Notes under the pieces: generated by a model | What the model was told of the DNA's origin: nothing | What the model saw: only the letters and a program-made list of their open reading frames with translations | The model's database searches: none | Source: Clostridia bacterium | GTDB taxonomy: Bacteria; Bacillota; Clostridia; TANB77; CAG-465 | DNA: 64,000 nucleotides | NCBI GenBank assembly: GCA_026415435.1 | Contig: JAOAHC010000020.1 | Coordinates: 15,940-79,939, forward strand | Reading direction: 5' to 3' | Program-made: the position numbers and the translations under genes | Shown: piece after piece, positions 10,154 through 18,846 of the stretch | How positions within the stretch are numbered: position 1 is the stretch's first letter | Layout of the letters: every line of letters begins with the position of its first letter

Positions 10154-13100
10154 CGATTAATAGGCTTATTGTTTGTCCCTTTGTTAAAGCAAACTCACCT
10201 TGAATGTGTGCTCCATTTCCAGGTGTACTATATCCGCATGTTCCACCACTAGCCCCATCAACGCTAATCCTATATACTCCAGTAGTTGGTACTGTGAAAT
10301 TTTGAGCAATTTCCCTATATACAAATGAACGTGATGCAGATCCTGTGTATGTTATAGATACATACCCATTTCCAGAATTATTTCCACTTATGCTAGACAC
10401 ATTTGTAGCAGATGAATCAATATATGAAGTTCCACCAGATCCACCATATGTGCATGCTCCACCGTTTCCTCCGGTATATCCGCCGCCGCCACCGCCGCCG
10501 CCATAGTTGCTACTCCATACATTCAGCGCACCGCCGCCGCCGCCGCCACCGAATCCTCCAGTACCGCCTCCAGAAGCTCCAGCACCTCCGGTAGAGCCTT
10601 GTGAATAATTTTTTCCGCCTTGACCACCAGATAATGCTGACGAACCTGAACCTACATAACCGCCGCCGCCTCCGCCGCCAGATCCTCCCATACTTCCTGT
10701 ATAGTTTATTGCAGTTCCTCCACTACCAGTTCCTGATGCTCCGACAGTTCCATTTCCGCCACCACTGGCTACTGAACCACCGCCTCCGCCGCCAGCAACT
10801 AAAAGAAGAGTTCCTGTAGTGGTATTATATACATAACTTCCACCTCCTCCTCCGCCGCCGCCAGATCCTGAGTAAGCTGATACATTTCCACCTTGACCAC
10901 CAGCAATAATACTAATGGTTTGTCCCTGAACTAATCCAAATGTTCCTTCCATCAGTGCACCGTTTCCAGGTGAACTATATCCACATGTTCCACCAACAGC
11001 ACCTGCTGCTGTTATAATATACGTTCCAGTAACTGGAACCGTAAATGTTTGGCTACCTGCTGTATAGTTAAAACTACTAACCTCATCTATAACTGAGACT
11101 GTCCTTACAACCTGTGTTGCAGCATTGCCTGCATTATCTGTTACATTATACGTTACAGAATAAGTACCTTTAACATTTGCATTAACATTGCTAACCACTT
11201 GAATATTTGTGGTTATGTTACCATCAATATTATCACTTGCTGTTGCTCCTTCATCCACATAAATGCTACCAACTGTAACTCCTGCTGGATTACTACCTAT
11301 AATTATTATTATAGGTTTGGTATTATCTAAATTAAATATATTACTATTAATTATTGTTGTATTATTAGCTGTATCTTTTGCTAGTATCCATAAATAGTAA
11401 CTACCTGTTACACCTGCTGGGCTTGTTATTAAGCTACCATTTGTAAAGCTTGTCGTAAAACTTGCCTCAGATGGTGCAGTTAAACTTGTTGTCCATTGAT
11501 ATTTTAAACTACTATTATTAATTGAAACATTATCACTCACAGTTACTGTCGTATTCCTACTTTTTGCATATGTTGTATTTCCGTTACTTCCAAATGCAAC
11601 TGTAGGTAGTGCTTTATCTATATTAGTTATTGTTAAACTTGATTGTGTTGCTTGATTTCCTGCTACGTCATTTCCTTTTGCTAGTATTGTACCATTTGCG
11701 CTCATAACAACTGCTGCTGTGTAGTTATTCCATGTTGATCCACCATTAGTACTATATTGTTTTGTTGTTAATTCTGCTGGATATGTTATTGTTACTGTTA
11801 CATTACCATTTGTCCATGCTGTTGTACTTGGACTTAAAGTTATAGTACCAACTGTTTTTGTAGTTATTGTTACCATATTAGATACTGTGCTATTTCCTGC
11901 ATTATCCGTCGCTCTTATTTTACATTGATAAGCAGTTCCACTTGTTAGACCACTAAATGTATATCCCACTGCATTTGTAGCTGCTGTCCACGTTGTTCCA
12001 TTATCTTTTGAGTATTCGTATGCATTTGTTTTTAATGCACTTCCTCCAGTATCACCAGAAGCCTGTACTATCACTGTTAAACTTGATGTAGTTTCTGTTC
12101 CTGTGCTTCCTACTGTCACTGTAGGTGCTGTTTTATCTATATTCGATATTGTTAAGCTTGATTGCGTTGCTTGGTTTCCTGCTACGTCATTTCCTTTTGC
12201 TAGTACTGTTCCGTTTGCTGTCATTGTTATTGCTGCTGTGTAGTTATTCCACGAACTTCCACCATCTATACTATATTGTTTTGTTGTTAGTTCCGCTGGA
12301 TATGTTATTGTTACTGTTACATTTGAATTTGTCCACGCTGCTGTACTTGGTGACAATGTTATATTTCCTACACCTTGTGTACTTATTGCTACTGCTGTTG
12401 ATATTGTACTGTTTCCTGCATTATCTGTTACCCTTACCTTACATTGATATGTTCCACTTGTTAGTCCTGTAAAGTTATATGTTGTAGCAGATGTTGACGC
12501 TGTCCATGTTGTTCCATTATCTTTACTATATTCATATGCACTTGCTTTTAATGCGCTTCCTCCAACATCTGATGCTGTGGCATTTACTGTCACACTTGAT
12601 GTTGTTACTCCTCCACTTACTGCTGTTACTGTTGGAGCTGTTTTATCTATATTTGTTATTGTTAAGCTTGATTGTCCACTTTGATTTCCTGCTACGTCAT
12701 TTCCTCTTGCAAGGACAGTTGTGTTTGAACTAACCAATATATCTCCTGTATATGCTACCCATGTACTTCCACCATTTATACTATATTCTTTTGTACTCAT
12801 ATCTGCTGGATATGTTATTGTTACTGTTATATCTGAATTTGTCCATCCTGTAGGCGAAGATACTATTGTTGGATTTGAAGGTGCTACTTTATCTATATTT
12901 GTAACACTATATGTATATACTGTACTATTTCCTGCATTATCTGTTGCAATAAAATTATATTCTCCATTTTGTGTAGCTATATATGTAGATTGACTTTGCG
13001 TAGTTTTAGTATTATCAGGATTAGTTATTTCTTTTATTCCAGAACTTATAGATGGGAATGTAGACGGAATTATTGCATATTTTAAATCCACATATTCTAT

Positions 13101-15590
13101 ATTATATCCTGGTGTTCCATGCGGTACATTTATCTGTATCCATGGTCTAAGTCCACTAGAATAGTTTGAAGTTATTTGATATATTCCACTAAATTCTTTA
13201 TATCCAATTCCTATGCTATTCATTGTAAATTGTAATCCTGTTCCTGTTACCCATGTTGGGGCAGCGGCAGTTGTTGTATATGAAAATCCTGCACATGTTG
13301 TAACGTTTCCATCTACGTATGAATTTACTTTTACTTTACCACTAACATAGAATCTAGCTCCGACATAATTATTTCCTGCTGGGAACTGGCTACCTCCTCC
13401 AATTACACTAAATCCTGCTGTTGGGAATGTATCTCTTGCTGTTGCTATTGTGCTACTAGAGTTATAGTAATAAACTGCATCACCTGCATCAAATGTTAAG
13501 GTTACATTTTGATTTGTTTGAGCTGTAGTACTAGGTGCTATATTACCCATTGGTGTAATCTTATCTATATTTGATATTGTTAAGCTTGATTGCGCAGCCT
13601 GATTTCCTGCTACATCATTTCCTCTTGCTAGTATTGTTCCATTTGCACTCATGACTACTGCTGCTGTGTAGTTATTCCACGAACTTCCACCATCTATACT
13701 ATATTGTTTTGTTGTTAGTTCTGCTGGATATGTGATTGTTACTGTTACGTTTGCATTTGTCCAGTTTGTTGTACTAGGTGACAATGTTATATCTCCAACA
13801 CCTTGTGTACTTATTGATACTGCTGTAGAAATCGTTGCATTTCCTGCATTATCTGTCACTCTTACTTTACATTGATATGTTCCACTTGTTAATCCTGTAA
13901 AGTTATATGTTGCTGCAGATGTTGCTGCTGTCCATGTTGTTCCGTTATCTTTTGAGTACTCGTATGCACTTGCTTTTAGTGCACTTCCACCTGCATCAGA
14001 GGCTGTTGCATTTACTGTTACACTTGATGTTGTTACTCCTCCACTTACTGCTGTTACTGTTGGAGCTGTTTTATCTATATTTGTTATTGTTAAGCTTGAT
14101 TGTCCACTTTGATTTCCTGCTACGTCATTTCCTCTTGCTAATACTGTTCCATTTGCTGTCATTGTTATTGCTGCTGTATAGTTATTCCATGTACTTCCAC
14201 CATTTATACTGTACTCTTTAGTTGTTAGTTCTGCTGGATATGTTATTGTTACTGTTACATTTGCATTTGTCCACGCTGTAGTACTTGGATTTAGGGTTAT
14301 ATCACCTATTCCTTGGGTACTTAAAGCTACTACGTTTGATATTGTTACATTTCCTGCGTTATCTTTTACTCTTACTTTGCACTCATATATTCCACTTGTC
14401 AGCCCTGTAAAGTTATATGTTGCCGCACTTGTTGCTGCTGTCCATGTTGTTCCGTTATCTTTTGAGTATTCGTATGCATTAGTCTTTAGCGCACTTCCTC
14501 CTGCATCTGAGGCTGTTGCATTCACTTTTACGCTTGATGTTGTTGTTCCACCACTTGCTGCTGTTACCGTAGGTGCTGTTTTATCTATAACAGTTACATC
14601 TAATGTACTTTGTGTACTTTCTGTACCTAGATAATTTATTCCTTTTGCATATATTGTTTTATTCTCACTTATTGTAATTGGCCCTGTATAGTTTTGCCAT
14701 GTAGCTCTATTATCTATACTATACTTCTTCTGAGCACTTTCTGGTGAATATGTTATTGTTACTATTACATCACTATTTGTCCAGTTTGTTATATCTGGTA
14801 TTATTTCAGGAGCCACTGGTGCTACATTATTTACTTCAAATTCACTTGAAAGTAATTCTTCTTCCTGATATACATTACCTTCATCTCTTACAGCATTTTT
14901 ATTTAATTTTATTTTATACATTCCATCTGTAAGTGAAGCTGTGTCTACAACTATTTTTGATGTTATTTCTGTTTCTTCACTATTTTTATTTGTTGTTATC
15001 GTTAGTACATTATTTATTTCTTCATTTTCTGAGTTTAATAGCTTTATTTTACTACTTATACCCATGTCAATTAATTTATATTTTGAAGTATATTTAACTT
15101 CGTATTCTACATCTACTCCACTTCTTACTATTAACTCAGATGGGTCTGTTACTTCAACTTTCGGTTCTGCATGTATTGCCTCTATCATTATTTCTTCTGC
15201 CCAAATTTTCTCATTACTATTTGTTCCTGTATATACTAATTCTCCATTTATTATTTCTACCAAACCATCATATTTTGTTGTTTTTTTTAATATTGGTATA
15301 ATATCTTTTATTGTTTTATCGGTATATACTTGTCCATCGTATTCTACTGAATCATTATCTGCTTGTAATGTTTTGCTTTGGTATTCACCCAAAGTTTCTC
15401 CATACTTACCTGCATGATACAATGAAAGTTCTGATTCCATATTTTTCAAAACATCTTTAAACACTGCCTCATTTGCAACATTTATGGGATTATTTTGGTT
15501 TATTGTTAATATTACTGCTGTCGCCATTATTATAATAATTATTATTGTCAGTATCAACACTATTAGTGATATACCACTTTTTTTTTTCAT
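10077..15590 (-). CDS. Giant secreted/cell-surface repeat protein. It has an N-terminal signal-anchor, alternating Ig/FN3-like modules, a DUF5011-type Ig domain and a C-terminal glycine-rich domain. It is truncated by a frameshift inside a second Gly-rich copy.
   Basis: 1837-aa ORF. The N-terminus is MKKKSGISLIVLILTIIIIIIMATAVIL. Modules (..TNANVTVTITYPAELTTK.YSI.GGS.WNNYTAA.. / ..DKTAPTVTA.SGG.TTSSV.VNATASDAGGSALK..AYEYSKDNGTTWTAA..) recur about 5 times. Residues ~1425-1500 resemble DUF5011 (YVDEGATASDNIDGNIT...GTYSVTYNVTDNAGNAA). Residues ~1505-1750 are Gly-rich. Confidence 0.85.
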   Translation of the reverse strand: MKKKSGISLIVLILTIIIIIIMATAVILTINQNNPINVANEAVFKDVLKNMESELSLYHAGKYGETLGEYQSKTLQADNDSVEYDGQVYTDKTIKDIIPILKKTTKYDGLVEIINGELVYTGTNSNEKIWAEEIMIEAIHAEPKVEVTDPSELIVRSGVDVEYEVKYTSKYKLIDMGISSKIKLLNSENEEINNVLTITTNKNSEETEITSKIVVDTASLTDGMYKIKLNKNAVRDEGNVYQEEELLSSEFEVNNVAPVAPEIIPDITNWTNSDVIVTITYSPESAQKKYSIDNRATWQNYTGPITISENKTIYAKGINYLGTESTQSTLDVTVIDKTAPTVTAASGGTTTSSVKVNATASDAGGSALKTNAYEYSKDNGTTWTAATSAATYNFTGLTSGIYECKVRVKDNAGNVTISNVVALSTQGIGDITLNPSTTAWTNANVTVTITYPAELTTKEYSINGGSTWNNYTAAITMTANGTVLARGNDVAGNQSGQSSLTITNIDKTAPTVTAVSGGVTTSSVTVNATASDAGGSALKASAYEYSKDNGTTWTAATSAATYNFTGLTSGTYQCKVRVTDNAGNATISTAVSISTQGVGDITLSPSTTNWTNANVTVTITYPAELTTKQYSIDGGSSWNNYTAAVVMSANGTILARGNDVAGNQAAQSSLTISNIDKITPMGNIAPSTTAQTNQNVTLTFDAGDAVYYYNSSSTIATARDTFPTAGFSVIGGGSQFPAGNNYVGARFYVSGKVKVNSYVDGNVTTCAGFSYTTTAAAPTWVTGTGLQFTMNSIGIGYKEFSGIYQITSNYSSGLRPWIQINVPHGTPGYNIEYVDLKYAIIPSTFPSISSGIKEITNPDNTKTTQSQSTYIATQNGEYNFIATDNAGNSTVYTYSVTNIDKVAPSNPTIVSSPTGWTNSDITVTITYPADMSTKEYSINGGSTWVAYTGDILVSSNTTVLARGNDVAGNQSGQSSLTITNIDKTAPTVTAVSGGVTTSSVTVNATASDVGGSALKASAYEYSKDNGTTWTASTSATTYNFTGLTSGTYQCKVRVTDNAGNSTISTAVAISTQGVGNITLSPSTAAWTNSNVTVTITYPAELTTKQYSIDGGSSWNNYTAAITMTANGTVLAKGNDVAGNQATQSSLTISNIDKTAPTVTVGSTGTETTSSLTVIVQASGDTGGSALKTNAYEYSKDNGTTWTAATNAVGYTFSGLTSGTAYQCKIRATDNAGNSTVSNMVTITTKTVGTITLSPSTTAWTNGNVTVTITYPAELTTKQYSTNGGSTWNNYTAAVVMSANGTILAKGNDVAGNQATQSSLTITNIDKALPTVAFGSNGNTTYAKSRNTTVTVSDNVSINNSSLKYQWTTSLTAPSEASFTTSFTNGSLITSPAGVTGSYYLWILAKDTANNTTIINSNIFNLDNTKPIIIIIGSNPAGVTVGSIYVDEGATASDNIDGNITTNIQVVSNVNANVKGTYSVTYNVTDNAGNAATQVVRTVSVIDEVSSFNYTAGSQTFTVPVTGTYIITAAGAVGGTCGYSSPGNGALMEGTFGLVQGQTISIIAGGQGGNVSAYSGSGGGGGGGGSYVYNTTTGTLLLVAGGGGGGSVASGGGNGTVGASGTGSGGTAINYTGSMGGSGGGGGGGYVGSGSSALSGGQGGKNYSQGSTGGAGASGGGTGGFGGGGGGGALNVWSSNYGGGGGGGGYTGGNGGACTYGGSGGTSYIDSSATNVSSISGNNSGNGYVSITYTGSASRSFVYREIAQNFTVPTTGVYRISVDGASGGTCGYSTPGNGAHIQGEFALTKGQTISLLIGGQGGNVSAYSGSGGGGRWRSFVCI
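11607..14807 (-). repeat. In-frame tandem coding repeats (~0.53 kb two-module units) with a unique ~0.66 kb insert (about 12891-13550)
   Basis: Long near-identical DNA stretches recur, e.g. ttatctatatttgttattgttaagcttgattgtccactttgatttcctgctacgtcatttcctcttgc at ~12643 and ~14081. The protein repeats span residues ~262-680 and ~900-1328. Confidence 0.85.
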
Positions 15591-15791
15591 AAATTACCTA
15601 TCCTTCTTTGTACATAATACTTACTTATGTATTGCATATACAAATTGTATTATATACTACTTTTTTTGTCAATATTTTTGCTTAAAACAACTGCCTAGTC
15701 ATATTAAAATAATATAGAAGTAATATAGTTGAAATATTTATGAAATATTGTTATATGCTTAAGATTTTATAGTATTTACCTAATATAAATT

Positions 15792-15852
15792 TACAAAAAA
15801 ACAAATAGAGATTAAAATTACATTTTTTTGTAAAATCAATCTCTATTTGTTT
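15792..15852 (-). terminator. Rho-independent terminator after the DUF1540 gene
   Basis: Minus-strand stem AAACAAATAGAGATT / AATCTCTATTTGTTT followed by a T7 run, 10 nt downstream of the stop at 15862. Confidence 0.6.
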
Positions 15853-15861
15853 AGAATTTAA

Positions 15862-16170
15862 TTATGTTTTTATTGAACTTTTTTCTTCTTCATTTAAGTC
15901 ACCAATATATAAGTAACTCGAACATAACGTCTCATCTTCTGCTACTTTACTTCCCCTTGGCCCGCATGGTGCAACCTGTATTTTATCCAATCTACAAGTA
16001 CTATCATCTATGCAATTGTGAGTACAATTTGTAACATTACATTCTATTCTTTGACTATATTTTCCACTATATTTTTTGTATAGTCCTTCATCATTTAGTT
16101 CATACTTATCTCTATCTTTTTCTTTATAGTTATCTTCATTTCTATCTTTATTTTCTTTCATAAAAATCAC
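15862..16170 (-). CDS. DUF1540-like Cys-rich small protein
   Basis: CNVTNCTHNCIDDSTCRLDKIQVAPCG...TLCSSY matches the DUF1540 pattern (C.V..C.HN....C.A..I.V) common in spore formers. Confidence 0.55.
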   Translation of the reverse strand: MIFMKENKDRNEDNYKEKDRDKYELNDEGLYKKYSGKYSQRIECNVTNCTHNCIDDSTCRLDKIQVAPCGPRGSKVAEDETLCSSYLYIGDLNEEEKSSIKT

Positions 16171-16221
16171 CCATTATTATTTTGTGAATTTTTAGAAGAA
16201 ATATAATTAATTTTGATAATT

Positions 16222-17850
16222 TTATTTTTTTATCTTATCTCTTAAACTTCTGTGATAATTTATAGTAAATCTATGAATTTCGTCTTGAAGAAATGTGATA
16301 AACTTTATTATTTTTTTATTGCTATCTGAAAATTCTATTTCATTTAAATTTGAATCTAAAAGCCCTTTTGTTCTATGTTTATCATTTTTTACCATGCCAT
16401 ATACATTAACGCCTTCATCTATTTCTTTTAAAGCTTTTTTAGCCGCAATAACCTGAGTTTTTCCGCCATCTATTAATATTAAATCAGGTAGTGGCCAATC
16501 TTGCGTGTGTTTTAGTCTTCTAGACAAAATCTCATAAATACACATAGGATCATTTTGTTCCAAAGTACTTTTTATTTTAAATTTTCTGTACATTTTTTTA
16601 TTTAACTTTCCATCTTCAAATCTAATCATACAACCTACAATATATGAATTTCTTAAATTAGAAATATCATAACACTCTATTGAATTTAAATCTGGAATAT
16701 TTAGCAACTCGGATAAATCTTGCATTACATTATTTTTATTTTCTTCAATATTTATTCTTATATTATTTTCCACCATCTCAATTAGCTTTAATTTTTCTCC
16801 ACGTTTTGGTATTAATACTTGTGTTTTAGTATTTTTATATTCTATAAAAAATTCTTCAATTGTCTTTATAGCTTGTTCACCATCTAATTTTATATATATC
16901 TTTTTTGGCACGTCTTCATTATTCAAATAATATTGTGTTAGTATTTGTAATAAAATATCTTGAATCTCAGATTTATCAACATCATTTACTTCAATATTAT
17001 CATGTAAAACTATTTTATAGTCTCTAATTTTAAACACTTGCACATGTAAAGCTTCTTTTGAATACACATATCCAAAAATATCTGTACTACTTTCATTTAA
17101 ATTGGCAACATTTTGCTTTTCACTTATATTGTTAATATCAACTAATCTCTGCTTTAACATCTGTGCTTTTTCAAAATCTAATTTTTCTATGCATTCGTCT
17201 ATTTGTGATTTTATAATATCTTCTATTTGTCTAGTTTTACCTTGTAAAAATAATATTACTTGATCTATCATTTTTCTATATTCATCTCGCTTTATATCAT
17301 TTGCACAAGGAGCTAAACATCTTCCAATATGATAATATAGACATGGTTCAACTTTTCTTTTTTCTAGATTATATTTACATCTTTTAATAGGGAAAATTTG
17401 TTTTATTACTGATAAAACATCTCTCATAGATTTAACGTTCGTATATGGTCCAAAATATATTGCTTTATCGTCTTTTTTACTTCTAGTTATATAGATTATA
17501 GGGTACTTCTCATTAACTGTTATTTTTATATATGGATATGTCTTATCATCTTTTAACATTACATTAAATTTAGGATTGTTTTGTTTAATATAGTTACATT
17601 CTAACACAAGTGCTTCTACTTCATTTTTTGTAACAATGTATGTTATATTATGAACTAAGGATACCATCTTTTTTATTCTTTGCGATTTAGAATTTTTTTG
17701 AAAATATTGTCTTACTCTTTTTCTTAAACTTATAGCTTTACCCACGTAGATTATTTTATCTTCTACGTCACGCATCATATATATTCCTGGCTCAAATGGT
17801 ATTTTAGTAATTATGTCTTTTATTTTTTTTAATCTTTCTTCTTCACTCAT
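16222..17850 (-). CDS. uvrC: Excinuclease ABC subunit C (UvrC), short form ending right after the RNase-H-like endonuclease domain
   Basis: GIY-YIG motif (PGIYMMRDVEDKIIYVGKA...LRKRVRQY), a UVR domain (FEKAQMLKQRLVDI), and C-terminal DISN...IDGGKTQV...QDEIHRF. It is 542 aa, about 60-70 aa shorter than typical UvrC. Confidence 0.85.
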   Translation of the reverse strand: MSEEERLKKIKDIITKIPFEPGIYMMRDVEDKIIYVGKAISLRKRVRQYFQKNSKSQRIKKMVSLVHNITYIVTKNEVEALVLECNYIKQNNPKFNVMLKDDKTYPYIKITVNEKYPIIYITRSKKDDKAIYFGPYTNVKSMRDVLSVIKQIFPIKRCKYNLEKRKVEPCLYYHIGRCLAPCANDIKRDEYRKMIDQVILFLQGKTRQIEDIIKSQIDECIEKLDFEKAQMLKQRLVDINNISEKQNVANLNESSTDIFGYVYSKEALHVQVFKIRDYKIVLHDNIEVNDVDKSEIQDILLQILTQYYLNNEDVPKKIYIKLDGEQAIKTIEEFFIEYKNTKTQVLIPKRGEKLKLIEMVENNIRINIEENKNNVMQDLSELLNIPDLNSIECYDISNLRNSYIVGCMIRFEDGKLNKKMYRKFKIKSTLEQNDPMCIYEILSRRLKHTQDWPLPDLILIDGGKTQVIAAKKALKEIDEGVNVYGMVKNDKHRTKGLLDSNLNEIEFSDSNKKIIKFITFLQDEIHRFTINYHRSLRDKIKK

Positions 17851-18110
17851 AAATTACAATCACATGCTTTCATAATTAATTTAAATTAAATGTAATTAAT
17901 ACATTCTTAATATATATTTTAACATATTTTTATCATATTTAAAACTATATTTAAACTAAATTTTAAATTGAAAAAACTACAATTGTTTTCACCATACTTT
18001 TTTACAATTTACATTGTCTTTTTATGCGACCAATTTTCCTTCATATCTAGGCATTTGTGTTGTAAAATACTAGTGCCACCAAAACCATATTTGTTGTAGA
18101 AGGGGGTGAA

Positions 18111-18126
18111 TTGTACAATGTACATA
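18111..18126 (+). repeat. 16-nt direct repeat TTGTACAATGTACATA, copy 1 (two TGTACA palindromes)
   Basis: An exact copy is at 18287..18302. This copy overlaps the start codon of the small ORF. Confidence 0.8.
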
Positions 18127-18249
18127 ATTATGTATGTGCTATTTTTGATTTTATTAATTTTTCCATGTATCTTTTTTCTTAAAACCCACAGTATTGACAT
18201 TAACATTACAATTGAAAAAGTACCTGGAAAGAAAAGAACCAAAAAGTAG
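18118..18249 (+). CDS. Small hydrophobic peptide (43 aa) with a Lys/Arg-rich tail; type-I-toxin-like or small membrane protein
   Basis: Too short for the ORF track. Strong SD AGGGGGTGA (18101-18109) lies 8 nt before the ATG. Translation: MYIIMYVLFLILLIFPCIFFLKTHSIDINITIEKVPGKKRTKK. A strong terminator starts 5 nt after the stop. Confidence 0.45.
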   Translation: MYIIMYVLFLILLIFPCIFFLKTHSIDINITIEKVPGKKRTKK

Positions 18250-18253
18250 CAAA

Positions 18254-18289
18254 AAATCACGGTGGCAGACACCGTGATTTTTATTTTTG
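18254..18289 (+). terminator. Rho-independent terminator (bidirectional shape) after the small ORF
   Basis: AAATCACGGTG-GCAGA-CACCGTGATTT followed by TTATTTTTG, with an A-run upstream. Confidence 0.7.
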
Positions 18290-18302
18290 TACAATGTACA
18301 TA
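18287..18302 (+). repeat. 16-nt direct repeat TTGTACAATGTACATA, copy 2
   Basis: Exact copy of 18111..18126, located just after the terminator. Confidence 0.8.
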
Positions 18303-18371
18303 TATTATACTAAATATAGTATAATACTATTATTTATAAATGTCAATATTTAATACAATTTTTAAGTAAAA

Positions 18372-18737
18372 TTAAGATACTTTATTATCTACACTTTCTT
18401 CTTTGATTAATATAACTTTTTTGTCATTTAAAGTGTCCACATTTAATTTTGAATTATATATAGCCACAGTAGAAGATATTATAAAGTTTTGTAGCTGCTG
18501 AAGTTGAAATTTTTCTTCACACATAAATATAGTATGATTAATGAGTTGACACCACCGTTTAGACAGCATATCATTACATGCGTACATTACAATAAATTTT
18601 TCTCTTTTGAATGCAAACACATTAATGTTGTATCCCAGATTTTCAATACTACAAACAAAATAATAAATTTCTTTATTTAATTCATTTGATGATTTTGCCC
18701 GATTTGCATTTTTCTTTAAAAAACTAATCGTATTCAT
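18372..18737 (-). CDS. Hypothetical protein (121 aa)
   Basis: ORF with a GGTGAG-type RBS. No motif recognised. Confidence 0.5.
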   Translation of the reverse strand: MNTISFLKKNANRAKSSNELNKEIYYFVCSIENLGYNINVFAFKREKFIVMYACNDMLSKRWCQLINHTIFMCEEKFQLQQLQNFIISSTVAIYNSKLNVDTLNDKKVILIKEESVDNKVS

Positions 18738-18846
18738 AGTCTCACCTCTATAGTTATAAATTTGGTTTATTATGATTATACAATATAATATACAACATTA
18801 TGTTTACTTTGTCAATCATTTAAATGAATTTCAAATATTATATACT

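Noticed and set aside
11607-14807. Periodic ~0.5-kb DNA repeats as a CRISPR array or non-coding satellite
   Set aside because: The repeat unit is far too long for CRISPR and has no spacer-and-short-repeat structure. The region is one continuous open reading frame encoding Ig-like modules.
10412-14932. Plus-strand ORFs antisense to the giant gene (Leu/His/Arg-rich, e.g. 12125..12472 and 13907..14221)
   Set aside because: Their low-complexity composition is what the reverse complement of Thr/Ser/Gly/Ala-rich repeats would give. They have no RBS and lie entirely inside a well-supported minus-strand CDS.
15500-15590. Type IV prepilin-like leader at the N-terminus of the giant protein (KKSG|ISLIVL...)
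   Set aside because: The Gly followed by a hydrophobic stretch is suggestive. However, the hallmark Glu at +5 is missing (Val instead) and the F/M at +1 is absent. It is more simply a signal-anchor or signal peptide.
15789-15852. Interleaved palindromes (A-B-A'-B': TTTACAAAAAAA / CAAATAGAGATT / TTTTTTTGTAAA / AATCTCTATTTG) as a riboswitch-like alternative-structure element
   Set aside because: The B:B' stem plus the T-run is fully explained as the terminator of the DUF1540 gene. The A:A' pairing is just the A/T runs flanking it. No conserved riboswitch core is seen.
18009-18272. 87-aa minus-strand ORF from the track
   Set aside because: It starts with GTG inside the terminator stem, has no SD, and is antisense to a short plus-strand ORF that has a near-perfect SD and a terminator.
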